Assembly: GCA_043228905.1 (NCBI GenBank)
Contig: JBHGNT010000001.1
Coordinates: 12,834,001 to 12,898,000, forward strand
Source of the DNA: Azolla caroliniana
Lineage: Eukaryota; Plantae; Polypodiophyta
Length of the DNA stretch: 64,000 nucleotides
Reading direction: 5' to 3'
The notes under the pieces were generated by a model. That model was not told the origin of the DNA. It did no database searches and saw only the letters and a list, made by a program, of their open reading frames with translations. Positions 24,089-37,134 of this stretch are shown here, one piece after another (positions within the stretch are counted from its first letter, which is position 1; each line of letters starts with the position of its first letter). Position numbers and translations under genes: made by a program.

Positions 24089-27000
24089 GTATGCAACATT
24101 CTTGGCTAGATGTATGGCACTTTAGCTGCAACATACCTTAGACATTACCCCGAGGTGCCTTTCAAGTATTTGAGTATCCACTCAACACTACCCAATGTTC
24201 TCTTCCTGGATTACTCATATATCAGTTTACTATTCCCACAACAAAAGCTACGTCTGTTTGGTGCAGACCATAGCATACATTAGACTGCCAACGCCTGAGG
24301 CATATGGTACTTTCCTCATCTTAGCCTTGTCCTTCTCCCATCTCGGGCATTGCTTAACATTTAGCTTGCAGTTGGTTGGTAACATAAAGCCGACCGGCTT
24401 TGCTTCCGACATGTTGAACCTCTCTAGGATCTTTGTCACATACTTCTGTTGTGACAACCACAACACTTTCTTAGTTCGATATCTAACTATGTGCATCCCC
24501 AAGATCTGTTTAGCCAGTCCAAGATCTTTCATGGCAAACAATTTGCTTAGAGCTTTCTTCAAACTTTTGATCTTCCTTGCATCTTGATCGACTATCAACA
24601 TGTCATCTACATATAATAAGAGAATCCAGAAGTCTCCTTCCTCGTACCTTTTGACGAACACACAATGATCAACCTGTGTTTTCTGAAACTTGTGTTCCTG
24701 CATAAAGGATTCAAACTTCTTGTACCATTGGCATGGACCTTGTTTCAGACCATACAAGCTTTTCTTCAATCGACACACCATGTTCTCTTTCCCTTTCTCC
24801 ACAAAGCCTTGGTGCTGCTGCATGTAGATTTCTTCATCTAGCTCCCCATGCAAGAATGTTGTCTTCACATCCAATTGTTCGATCTCCAAATCCATGTTGG
24901 CAGTTATGCTCGGAATAGTTCGGACGAATGTCATCTTCACGACTGGTGCGAAAATCTCGTCGAAGTCGACACCCATTTTCTGTTGGAACCCCTTCACTAC
25001 TATGCGGGCTTTATACCTAGGCACGTTGTCAACTTCTCCAGTCTTCACCTTATAGACCCATTTGTTCCTGACTGCTCTCTTACCTTTCGGTAATTCTACC
25101 AAGTCGTAGGTGTAGTTTTCATGCAAGGAGTCCATCTCGTCTTGCATTGCACTCAACCATCTTTCTTTGTGCTTCTCGGCAATGGCTTCATCATAGCACT
25201 CTGGTTCACCTTCATCAGTCAAGAGGATGTATTGATTGACATATGTCACCAGTGCTCTTCTCTCTCTGAGAGGATATCTCCTTCCATTCTTCGTTGGCTC
25301 AGGCTTGGATGTCTCTGCCAACTCTTCTCTCGGTTGAGTTCATTCATATCGATCGGTGTCGAATATCCACTGACTCCGATTTGTAATCTTCGATAGACTT
25401 CAATAGGTCCGTCGATTCCAACTCATAGGTCGGTTGCTTTGAGACAAGGACTCTGATTCAGCTCTTCCATCTAGTTGTCTCCGATTAGCCTACTTGTGTC
25501 AATTCTGTTAGTCTTAAGGTGGTAGTCGAGGGTGATTGGGGAGTCAATTCCGACTTTTGTTTCTTCCAGTCCTCAATTGTTTTTTCTTCCAAGAAAACCA
25601 CATCCCGACTCCTCACCACCTTCTTATCCACTAAGTCCCATAGCCTATAGCCGAACTCGTCCTCCGAGTATCCCATAAATATGCATGGTTTCGACTTACT
25701 GTCGAGCTTCAACCTCTGATCCTTTGCAACATGCATATACACTAAGCATCCGAACACCCTCAGGTGTCAGTAGGAGACATCCTTTCCTATCGACACACTT
25801 TGTGGGACATCACCTTTCAGTGGTACTGAAGGGGACTTGTTGATCAAGTAAACCGCTGTGTACATCGCCTCAAGCCAATATGATTTCAGCAGTTTAGCAT
25901 GAGAGAGCATGCTCCTTACTCTCTCCATGATTTTTTGATTCATCCTCTCTTCAAGCCCGTTCAACTCAAGGGTCTTTGGTACAGTGTATTCGATTCGAAT
26001 ACCCTGGGCCTTGCAGTATTCCTCGAACTTCCCTCTATATTCGCCACCATTGTTAGTTCGGACAACTTTCAACTTCCGACCTGACTCCCGTTCAGCTCTT
26101 GCATGAAACTCCTTGAAGAACGACATTACTTGATCTTTTGACTTTAGTACAAAAGCCCACAACTTCCAACTGTAGTCATCGATGAAAGTCACAAAGTACA
26201 GTCAGCCTCGATGCAATGGAGCATCCACAAAATACACATCCCTGTGTACTAGTTCCAGTGCAACTTCTCTTCTTCTTGGTGGTTTTTTGTGGAATGTTGC
26301 TCGGTTCTGCTTTCTGACTAAGTAGTCGACACACTTCTCCAGGTGCACTCCCTTTACTTCTGGTAGAAGTTTCTGGTTGGCTAACAGATGCATCCCCTTC
26401 TCACTCATATGGCCTAATCTCTTGTGCCATATCTCTCCTACCGAGTCCGCAGCCACATTCACTTCCGACTTGCTCAGTTGGGCATGCATCATATACAATG
26501 TGCCTCCTTTCTATGCTCGGGCCACTATGAGGTTTCCTCGACTAAACTTCCACTTGCCATTTTGAAAGCTACCATTGTAGCCTTCATCATCCATCTTTCC
26601 AATTGATAGCAGATTCAATCTGATATCGAGGACGTGTCGAAAATCCTTCAGAGACAATCGACACACTATCGACGTCGTCAAAATAGACACTTCCGACTCC
26701 GGCTATCTTGCACTCTCCATTATCACCTATCTTTACATAACCATGATCCCCGACTATGTAAGTCGAGAAATACTCTCTTGAGGGAGTTATATGGAAAGGT
26801 GCACCGGAGTCGATCACCCATGTGCATTCTTTGCTTTCAATATTTGCACTTGCCTATTCACAAATGAAGAGGAGTTCTTCATTGCTCGTAGCAATGGCCA
26901 AAGTGCTCTTTTCATCAGGAATCTTCTTGGGTTCGACATTATTATCGACACTCTTGTCCTTCTTAAGATGTCGGTAGTCCTTCTAGAAGTGTCCAAGATT

Positions 27001-27222
27001 TCCACAATAAAAGCACATGAGCTTCCCTCTGGATTTCCGTGACTAAGGCCTACAGGTCAACAATGGACTCTCGGTCCTTCCGGCGAGCATCTTCATTCAA
27101 TAAGCTCGATTTCACCTACTCTAGGGATAGAGATGCTTCCCTTCCGGTCCGGCCTTGCCCAATGTGACAACAAGCGTCTCCTAGCTGTCCGGAAGGGATC
27201 CCAACAACAATAGTGCTAATAT

Positions 27223-27710
27223 TGTTAGGATCGTGACCGATTCACTTCTGAATGTTTGGGTGCAAAGAAAACAAGCAAGTAAGGCTCAAATAGAAGAGAA
27301 TAGAAAACGAGAAACTTAGAAACGAGACACAGATATTTAACGTGGAAAACCCGAAAGGGAAAAACCACGGGGGTCCACAAACCCCGAGAAACAGAATCAT
27401 TAATAATGAGGGAGGACTACAAGGAGACTCAGAGACAACAACCTCGCACTCTTACACACACTCTCTCTCTCCTACTAGTTATGGAGGCAACAACCTTCTT
27501 CCACTATTTCTAACTACTTGCCCTAAGTGTATATATACTCATATACATAGCATACTATTTACACATATAGCCTCAATGGGCACATCTAGAATATTTACAA
27601 ATATAGTCTCTGCCCTAATCGGTTATACAATCGATTCTCGAATTACCCATTGGTTCCATCCGATCCTGCACTACTCTTCTTCCCATTCAGAGGGACCTAT
27701 TTTCCCAACA
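27223..27710 (-). mobile_element. Solo LTR inserted in the copia gag
   Basis: TG..CA ends; TSD AATAT/AATAC. gag reading (LANEV|LALLLLGSLPDS) rejoins across it. Shares TGTTGG..GGTCCCT and TTTTCCACGT with the LTRs at 28160 and 59664. Confidence 0.88.
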
Positions 27711-28420
27711 AATACCTCGTTGGCAAGAGGTACTTCTAGAGAGGTGGTTTGATTCATCAGTCCTTGGAAGGCATTAATATCCTCCACCATGCCGGAGCCT
27801 GATTCATCTTGAGACTTGAGTCTCACGATTTTTTTGAAAATTGAGACTCTGTTCACGACGTTCTTGTTTTCGAACGTCACGCCAATCTTTTTCCAAAGGA
27901 CATCAACACATGTCTCTTCATCAAAGTTGTTGTATAGACTCATGTCTATAAAACACCTTATGTATGTAATAACTTTAGATGCATGACTTCCGAAGTCGAT
28001 GCATTGATCTTGTCTAGCTTTGTCTTTCGGTACTACATCGACAACCACAAGTATTTGCACACGAGCATATCCTGCATCTTCGACTTCCACACTGAATAGT
28101 TGGAGTCGGTTAACTTGAACATTCCACCAAAATGTTCGTCCATCGTTCTGATCTCAATTTGTTAGGGGCGTGACCGGCCCCAACCGGTTCCACTTCGAAT
28201 GTTTGGGTACAAACAATCGAGATAATTGAAGTGCACAAACAGAAACAAAAAACTCAAAGAGACAGAGATGAGACATAGATATTTTACGTGGAAAACCCGA
28301 AAGAAAAACCACGAGAGTCCTCAAACTCCGAACTAGATCACTACAAGGGGAGGAGTACAACGAGAAGCTCCAAGGCAATAACCTTGAGATCTCCTTCGTT
28401 AGACATAGAGTTGTAGAGTT

Positions 28421-28454
<34 letters not shown>

Positions 28455-28722
28455 TCTTTGTGCACCATTGTCGTTTTACTCTAGCCATTATTTTTTACAC
28501 TCTACAGCTCATTGGAAACCTCTTTATGAGAGCTTTCTAAGGAATGTTCATTTACTGAATTCCATTACAGTGGCGAGATGTTATGAGCATTTTCGTCCGC
28601 ATCCATCTTTGCCCCACGGTTCCTCAAATGCAAGGTAGATTTTGAAGCCCTAAATCAAGTGAAAGGTACATTTTCTCTCTCCCTCTCGCCCTCTCTCTCT
28701 TCTCGTAGGGTTTGGTCCTACA

Positions 28723-29601
28723 ATGACACACACTCGTAAGGCCGCCTTAAAGTTCAGGAGTATGATTGATAATGAGCCGAAATCACCAACAAATGTTGAT
28801 TCCAATGCAATAAACACAATGGACAAAATGCTTATGAGTCACTTGATTTCTCTTCAAGAAACCATAAACAAGCAAGGTGAAGAGATTAGGATGTTAATGA
28901 AAGAGAATGCTAAGATCCAAACTATTGCCATTGAGAATGAAATTCTTAAGAAAGTGGTTGCAAAACTTGAAGAAGAGATTCAAGAATGTAAAAGAGCTTC
29001 TTTCAAAACAAATGAGAGTCTTAATAAGATTGAGTTAAAGGAAGCATTAAAAGAAGAAAAATTAGACACGATGAGGCGGGATGTAAGTGAGATGAAAAAT
29101 GTATGTACAACGAAATCATGGGCCGATGTATGCGGTGGGGATGGGGTATCAAAATCATCTAATATGCAAGTGATGCATCAAGAGAAGAATCTAGAAAACA
29201 TAGATGCCCGAGAATTGAAAGAGCGTGAACGAAGATCGAAGAACATTATTATCCGTGGGATTAAAGAGGAGAGTATGGAAACACCCGCTTCCCTTGGAAA
29301 GGCCATTGGTGAATTTTTTAGCATGCAATATGGGATGTCGGATGTGAATGTATATGGGGCACACCGAGTTGGGAAACATGGTGTTATTCGCTCCGGAGAA
29401 AGGCCCATTGTATGCACAATGACGGATGATACAAAGTTGTCGATCATACTCGAAAATAGTTGGGTATACCTCAAAGGTACGCAATGCTTTGTGAGTGAAG
29501 ATCGTACTATCTCACAACAAAATGCCCGTCATAAAGCATATGAAGAAAGATTGAAAAATAAGGTTAAGGATGTGCTTAAATATGGAAATGTAGGCAAATA
29601 G
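28723..29601 (+). CDS. LINE ORF1 protein (coiled coil plus RRM-like region)
   Basis: 292-aa open frame with heptad-rich N-terminus, ERERRSKNIIIRGIKE, HRVG, RPI and VSEDRT motifs typical of LINE ORF1. Confidence 0.85.
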   Translation: MTHTRKAALKFRSMIDNEPKSPTNVDSNAINTMDKMLMSHLISLQETINKQGEEIRMLMKENAKIQTIAIENEILKKVVAKLEEEIQECKRASFKTNESLNKIELKEALKEEKLDTMRRDVSEMKNVCTTKSWADVCGGDGVSKSSNMQVMHQEKNLENIDARELKERERRSKNIIIRGIKEESMETPASLGKAIGEFFSMQYGMSDVNVYGAHRVGKHGVIRSGERPIVCTMTDDTKLSIILENSWVYLKGTQCFVSEDRTISQQNARHKAYEERLKNKVKDVLKYGNVGK

Positions 29602-30683
29602 GGACATGTGACCTATGAGACTAAACCACGTCTTTTACGACAATGTTTTTGGAATTGCAATGGATACCCATGGAATGCGGGATTCGGCATAGAGGAGTTC
29701 ATCGATGACTTGGATATCACACTTCTTGTTGAAACATGGGAGCATGATACTTAAAGGATTCAAGGTTTAGGAAACTATAATGTACACTCTTTGATATGGG
29801 AGAAAAACCCAAGACAAAGAAGAGGACAAGGAGGGGTGGCATGTTTGATTAAGAAGGAAATAGAGAAATATGTGTCAATCGTAAAAAATGATGAACATAA
29901 ATGCCACATATTTCTCAAAATAAATACACCTAATGATTTGCCCACTTTTGTCGTTGGATGTTACATTCCTCATGAAGATTCTAACTTCTATGCTTATTTG
30001 GATAAAGATCAACCTTTTGCAAATCTAGAAGATGATATATTGCTTATTTCAAATCCAAAGGGGAAGTTATTGTCTTTGGTGACATGAATGCTCGTACAAG
30101 AAGTTTCCAACTTGATTCACAAGAATCTTTCATGCCACATATCTCAAGGATGCAAGAGGATATGCAAATGTATAGTCGATCTTCTGGCGATGAAAAAGAT
30201 CCGGACCAATTTGGGAAACTACTCCCAAATTGCTTATGTGCAATAGTACCAGATTGCTTATTGCAAATGGTGTTTCCTTATGGCCCAATACTAACGGCTT
30301 TACATGTAAAAAACATAACGGAAATAGTGTGATTGACTATGTGCTACTTTCTGAAGGTATTTTGGATCGTATACATAAATTCTCACTGGGGGAATGGACA
30401 CCAGAATCCGATCATAGAAATTTATGTATTGATCTCAAATGTATGCATAGGTTTGATTGGGAGAAGGTCATTGAAGATAGTAATGAATATTAAATGAGCG
30501 CCCATGTATTCCAAGATGATTGAGGATATGTTACAAATGACAAAGACATAACATGGTGCCACACTAGAATGCAAATGGGAAGCTTTTAAGAATGTCATTC
30601 TCTCTTGTACAAACAAATGTTTTTTGACCAACCGCACATCATGGAAATGCACCAAGAAATGTAAGAAAAAATGGTTTGATAAA

Positions 30684-31139
30684 TGTGAAAAGTAACGTGC
30701 GGAAGCAAGTATGAAGACCGAACAGAAGGAAGAAAACTCAGGTTTAATGGAGAGCTTGAGCTCACGCAGTATAGGCGGGAGAGACAGAGAGAGTGAGAGA
30801 GGAAAACCACAAGAGGTATATTCAAAAAAATACACAATCTCTATTCACCACACTCTATACATATGTGTGTTCAATGAACACTTTGATACAAGTCCTAGAA
30901 GGATTGACCGAAGTACTGACAGTACTTCAATGCTCATTAAGAGCTCCTACACTAACTCTCAAATATATTCCTCATGGAATATCTTTCCTAATGGCCTCCC
31001 GGTTTCTGCACCGATCCGGCCCTACCTACGCACCGGTCTGCGTACCGGTTTACGCATTCGGCCTAACCGATCGGTCCCAACCGTTCCGGTCCTCGGCTTC
31101 TTCAGCCGATCCGGCCGATGTTGAGCTTGTCTCTCAACA
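30684..31139. mobile_element. Solo LTR within LINE ORF2
   Basis: TG..CA ends; perfect TSD ATAAA (30679-30683, 31140-31144). Host frame WFDK|ECHEA rejoins. Confidence 0.9.
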
Positions 31140-33269
31140 ATAAAGAATGTCATGAAGCTGGAAAGTGCCTTATGGTTTTGGATGTAGTTAAGGATAAAGA
31201 AAATTACCAAAAGCATTTGCATGACTATAAAAGGCTTATTCAAAGAAAGAGACGAATATGGGAAGTTACTCAACAACTTCTCCAAACACAAGAGAAAGCA
31301 CATGCATGTGCTAAATATTGGGGAAATCTAAAGGGGAAACGTGTTGAGAGTTATGGTGACTTAACTCTTCATGACTTGTCTATGCATTGTAAGAATTTAT
31401 ATGAGTTATCTCTTGCCGGAAAGATGATGTGTTATGCTTCTCTTTCACATATGTCTCCCTTCTTTACAATTGAAGATATATGCATAGGACTTAAGAAATT
31501 GGCCTCTCAAAAGTCAAGCGATCTTCAACGTATAAAAGCTTAAATGCTCAAATAGACGTGAAAGGAAGCACATATATGGATATGCGATATGTTTAATGAT
31601 GCATTGTAACATGGTATGACATATGATTGGACTACAAATTGGATCAAACCTTTACATAAAGGTGGAAATGTAAATAATGTAAACAATTATCGATCCATCA
31701 TGGTTGGCTCATTAATGGCAAAACTATTTGGATGTATAATGGAATCAAAGATAAGTGTATGGGCAGAAAAAAATGGTAACTCTTCGAGTATTAATGGAGG
31801 AAAGTTGCCTTAGAGGTCAAGGTTTATATTGTTGCTTTGTAGACTTCAAGAAAGCTTTTGATATGGTACCTCGTGAGCATCTTTGGAGGCGGATGGAAGA
31901 ACTTGAGGTGCCAAATGAATATATGCTTGCAATTTCCTGATTATATGAGAAGGTTATATGTTGTGTGCGTATGAGAGATAGAATTTCAAAATTTTTCAAT
32001 AGCACTATTGGTGTTAAGCAAGGATGCCCACTCTCACCAACATTATTTGGTCTATGCATTGATGAATTAGAAGAAATGGTTACCAAGTTTGTAAAGGAAG
32101 AATGTGTTGAAGAAGTTGCCATTGGGAATGTTATGATTATGCTTTTGTTATATGCGGATGATGTAGTGCTTTTTGCAAATACTTCAGGAGATGCACAAAA
32201 GCTTATGAAGGCATTGGAAAAAATTTGCATGCATACTAGATTAAGTGTCAATAGCTCTAAAACAAAGATTATGCTTGTGAAGAGTCAAAAAAGAGATACA
32301 CCATGCATTATGTACAACAATGAGCCACTTGAATGTGTGGAAAGCTTCAAATATCTTGGCCTTGAAGTTCCTTCAAATCATAAATGGAATGAATGTGTTA
32401 CACGCCACTTAGAGGCGGGTAAGCGAGCATATTATGCATTTGAGAACACATGCAATCTTGGAGATATTAAGTGTTGGGTCCTCAGGAAATATCTTTTTGA
32501 CACTTTGGTGACCCCGGTTCTTCTCTATGGGGTGGAAGTATGGGGCGGTAGCATCCCTAAATCTACGTGGAAAGAGTTTGAAAATGTCCAAAAACATTTT
32601 CTTACAAAGTTTCTACAAGTTAAGAAACAAACACCCTCCTCCTACTTGAGACGAGATTGCTTCCCATTGAGATCATGGCCATGGAAAGGGTTGAATACAT
32701 GCTTAAGGTTCATAAAAGCCCCTCACATGGACTTCCTAGAATTGCATGGGAAACAAGCAAAAAGATCTAGAAGACGCATAAAAGCAAAAAATTTGTATTC
32801 TGGTTGGATGCAAGATTTAGAAAAATGGTTTGGTAGAAGGGATGCAAGACACTTGCTTCATGATGCGTCACTAGATTCCTTTGTAAATGAGGCCTTTTCG
32901 CGAAGATTCCTTTGTAAATGACATGGGACAAATGTGATGACTCACGCTTCACACATTATACTACAAATGTTGCACCTAACTACAAAACCATATTCTTCGC
33001 GGAACGGGGAAGTTGTACACATCGATACATGTTAGAGCCCATCCCGATATCTGCCATTCGAACCATTGCTTCCATGCGACTTAGCTCGCACGCATTGAGA
33101 TGTGAGACGGGGTGTTGGGGCACAAGTGATGAGAGTGGCTGACTATGCACCATTTGCCCTAAACAAGTTTGAGAGTCTGAGTATCACACTTTGATACAAT
33201 GCTCTGCCTTTGGTCTCATAGGTCATATTTGACCTCTGAAGACGATAATATAATCTATATATCTCTCTC

Positions 33270-33329
<60 letters not shown>

Positions 33330-33961
33330 ACACACACACACACAGTTACAGTGGCAACTACCTTCTCAAACTATACAACAATAATGATTAACCACACCTA
33401 TAAAGTTTGCCCTAGTTGTATTTATACTTATACAACTTTCTGGCTATTTACATACATAGCCCACATGGGGCACATTTAGATTATTTACATATATGGTCTC
33501 CCAATTTCGGTTTTGGTTTTCGATTTCCGATTTCGGCCTCTGCCGAAATACTCATCGACTCCATGGGAATCAGTTCTCCCCTTTTTCCTCGATTTGAGCT
33601 TCACTTCCCATTCGAAGGGACCTGTTATCCAACACAATCCCTTTTTTCATTGTGTCCATATTTGCCCACAAATAGTTCCATAATACTTATGAGACAAGCA
33701 AAGCAAGCATGTGGTCAAGCCTCATTAGGATGCTCATACTATGAAATGTGTCGATTTTGAGGGTGTGCACAATTGACCTTTTGTGCTTCCTCTATGAGTT
33801 TCTTCTAGTTTGATAGTGTAATTGGCACATCAAGCAAGATAGTAAATATTAGAACATAGAGAATAATATGGACATTGGAGAGTGTTCATAATTAGGTAAT
33901 TAACTAGGGTTAATTAGGGTCTTATTATGTGAGTATTGATAAAGCAACAGAAATTATGTGA

Positions 33962-34056
<95 letters not shown>

Positions 34057-35829
34057 AGGAAGATACACTTGTGAACAATAATATAAATGGGGGATGATTA
34101 ACAAGAGTGTAGCTAAAGACCTTTCTCTATATTAATAAGCATCAAGTTACAAAAATACCCACACTTAGGTATATATACAACTCATGTGCAAGGGTGCACA
34201 TGTGTGAGTAGAATATAGGTACAAGGATTTAAGTCCTATATTAAATATATTTGGTAGTGGAGGATATAGAATGTATCCCTACTTACGTACAAGTACAAGA
34301 TCCTATTTAAAGGTTTAAAAGGTCAACACACTAACTAGATGCTATCTAGGTAGCTACTAAGTTACATGGTTAACTCAATAGCTAAACTAAGTTCAGCTTG
34401 ATATCTCAACATGCCCCTTCAAGCTCAAGTATGAGGCGTTCAACGTTCGGTTTGGCTTTCGGCTTCGGCTTTCTTCGGCTTTTCCGAGGCAATTTTGGTT
34501 CCTCCCCCCTCAAGCCGGTGACGAAGGCTTGTAGTGTGAAATGGGGGAGGGCCGACTGCTTCCACGCATCGTGGGTGACAAGCCACTTCTGTAGAGCTCT
34601 CGGGCTCGTGTTCGGCTGCTACCTTCTTCGTGAAGGTATAATGATGGGCCATATACTCGTTGTAGCCAAGCTGAGTGATGGGGTTCTTTTCTCTAGATGA
34701 GCGTCAAAGTTTTTCGTTTGCCGATGTGAGCCCCTTCTTTACTCCAGGTGTCCACATAATGGGTACACCAAACTCACTGTCTAGTGAGGGAGCCGACACA
34801 TCCGCATCACTGTCGTCGGGGTGGTCGACTTCGTATTCGGGCATTTTACCTTTGCCTTTGTCCGATCCGGCCCCTAGTCGAGACGTGCTTGGAATGCTTG
34901 AAGGCTCGTGTGCTCCACTTAGCTTGGTAGAGCTTGGACGATCCTTTGGTGAAGGACTTGGCCAAATATCGTCATCTGAGTTGATGTTCAACTCTTCCTC
35001 GGTCGGGTCGGATGGAGCCGAATCGGGCTTACACCAAGATGTCGACCCGTCGAAGACTACGTGTCGACTCACCCGAACCACTTGGGTCGAAGGGTTATAG
35101 CACTTGTATGCCTTTTTCTCAGACGAGTATCCTACAAGGATACATGTCTCCGTCTTCGCGTTGAGCTTCTGTTGTTCGTTCGGGATGCGTACACTCGCAA
35201 TAGCTCTAAACACTTTGAGGTGCAACAGGATGAGCTTCCTTCCGAGAAGGAGCTCGTAGGGAGTTACCTCATGCACTCCATTAGTGGTGCATCGATTCAT
35301 CAGATAGACGGTCGTGGATACCACTTCATCCCAATAGAAGTTCAGCATGTGCTTCTCAAACACCATGGCACGTGCTACCTCGCGTATGTGCTGATTCTTC
35401 CTTTAGGCTACTCCATTTTGTTGGCGTGTGTATCGGCATGAGAATTCTCTCCGGTGTCGTGAAGATTTTCGGCAATAGTGTGAAAATCCCATAAAACGTA
35501 CGAAATCGAGTATGAATCACATAATACAATAATTGTGAAGAAAACATTTTTAATATCTAAGTACAAAATGATGGAGGTTTCGAATGCACTTTATTACACG
35601 AGAAATGGACAACTAAATGTCAAGATATGAGGGTATAAAGTTTGTGAAAAGAAAAGAGAAAATTGTGAGATATCCCACATAGGCACGACAAATACGGCTC
35701 TCATCATATATAAGGTGGAGCAAAAGATATTATCTTTGTGTCTATGTGTGGAGCATAGAGAGTTCAAGTTAACTTGAACTTAGAGTGGAGGTGGCTAGCT
35801 ACTCGAAAAGGGTTTTGGCCAACCAAAAC

Positions 35830-36030
35830 CGGACCGGCGATGGAGCCGATGATCCGACCGCATCCGACCACAATCCGGCGGCGGCATGCGGCACTGGTAT
35901 CCGGCGTTGACATCGGGATCCGGCGGCGGCACCGGTATCCGGCGTCGGTATCCGGCACCGGCATCCGGCGAGGCACCGGTATCCGGGGACGGTATCGGCA
36001 TCCGGCGGCGACATCCGGCGAACCGGCGAC
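35830..36030. repeat. GC-rich (ATCCGGC)-type tandem repeat inside the LTR
   Basis: Repeated GTATCCGGC/ATCCGGCG units. Confidence 0.85.
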
Positions 36031-36077
36031 TAGATAAAATAAATATATAAATATATATACATACTTACATATACAAG

Positions 36078-36150
36078 GAGGGCAAGTGTGGATTCGAACC
36101 TTGCACCTCCAAGTTAGGAGTCAAATGGCTTACCATTAAGCCATGGTATT
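36078..36150 (-). other. tRNA-like sequence (Pol III A and B boxes) inside the LTR
   Basis: Minus strand: TGGCTTAATGG (A box) ... CTCCTAA (anticodon-loop-like, CCT) ... GGTTCGAATCC (B box) at tRNA spacing. The acceptor stem is degenerate. Confidence 0.65.
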
Positions 36151-36759
36151 TAGTTGAAATTATATTTCTATCATTGTACATTTACATGTAAATTCTCATA
36201 CATGAGAGCTAAAATGAGTGACATGGTTAGCATGCACCACATGTAATACTTAAGCGCCAAATGGCAAACATGCAATTTATGCATGTCTTGTACCCTCACA
36301 TGCATCATATGCATGAGAGCATCTATAAAAGAGGGAAGGGGGAGGAGAAAAAGACGGGTTTTTTTTTATGAAAATTAAGAAGAAGAAATTCGTTATCAAA
36401 TCAATCGTGTAATCTCATCTTCTCTCTTTCCCAATCTATCTTAAGTACTTTCTCGCCAAAGCTTGTATCGACTCTAAATCCTTCTGGTCCAGAACCCCGA
36501 CGGTTCCGCCTCACGATCCGCGCGTAGTGACGGATCTTCACGACATAATTAAGTGGTGAACCCGATGTGAACGAGGCGGTAGGTGTCATAACTAGACTCG
36601 AACCCATAACCTGTTGTTACATGGGTCGAGTCTTTACCGTTATATTATACATTGTAATTCGAAGTATATTATTTTCATTTATATTTTATTAGGAAATGGA
36701 TGTATATTCCAGATTTCTCTGGAACATTCTAGAAACTTCAGGAGTATTCCTGAAGACAC

Positions 36760-36766
36760 TATAAAA
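36760..36766 (+). promoter_or_regulatory. TATA box of the chromovirus LTR
   Basis: TATAAAA, 33 nt upstream of the predicted self-primer/TSS at 36793. Confidence 0.7.
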
Positions 36767-37039
36767 GGAGGCGCAAGGCATTAGTTCGAACCAAATCGGT
36801 TCAACGCCAGTCTTAAGCCTTCTAGCTGTTATTGTATATTTTCCTTCACCTAATACATATATCCTTCGTATCATCATTCTCTCTCTCTCTCTCTCTCTCC
36901 CTCTCACTCGTTCCTTCTCTCAACGTTCTACACCTCTCATAGTACTAATCCTTCTCTGTCTTAGTACTGTTCTCAACAATTGTACTAATCCTTCTTTTAG
37001 TACTAATTCCTTCTCCGCCTAGGTAGCGTTCCTGACAGT

Positions 37040-37051
37040 TTGAACCGATTT
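37040..37051 (+). promoter_or_regulatory. Self-priming PBS (Tf1 type)
   Basis: TTGAACCGATTT is the exact reverse complement of AAATCGGTTCAA at 36793-36804. Confidence 0.8.
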
Positions 37052-37134
37052 CCCTCCATCTGGTCTTTCTCTCCCTCTTCCTTCCCTTTTATCCTCCTTC
37101 TCTTCATACTAATACCCTTATTCTCCCTATCAAA

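Larger units (their letters stand above)
28458..33258 (+). mobile_element. LINE (APE-RT non-LTR retrotransposon, RTEX/L2-like C-terminus) inserted in a (TC)n tract
   Basis: ORF1 plus degenerate ORF2: CFWNCNG..VETW, GDMNART, IDYVL, SDH (APE); GVKQGCPLSP, YADD (RT); RLSSHALRCETG..CTIC..ESEYHTLIQC. Short (TAA)n tail; (TC)n on both flanks. Confidence 0.92.
23330..33634 (-). mobile_element. Degenerate Ty1/copia element (Tnt1-like) carrying nested MITE, solo LTR and LINE
   Basis: PPT at about 23460 and partial 3' LTR; RT 24248-25321 (YVDDML); INT 25485-26192; PR IDSGA at about 26810; gag to about 28140 (MDEHFGGMFKL). Degenerate PBS TGAGATCAGAAC at about 28146-28157. 5' LTR 28160-33634 is split by the LINE. 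Confidence 0.85.

Noticed and set aside
28155-33639. LTR 28160-33634 as a solo LTR with TSD CAATT/CAATC
   Set aside because: A degenerate Met PBS and the gag ATG follow it directly, favouring a 5' LTR. Its divergence from the LTR start at 23458 leaves some doubt.
36078-36150. Functional tRNA-Arg gene
   Set aside because: The acceptor and anticodon stems do not pair properly; reported only as tRNA-like.
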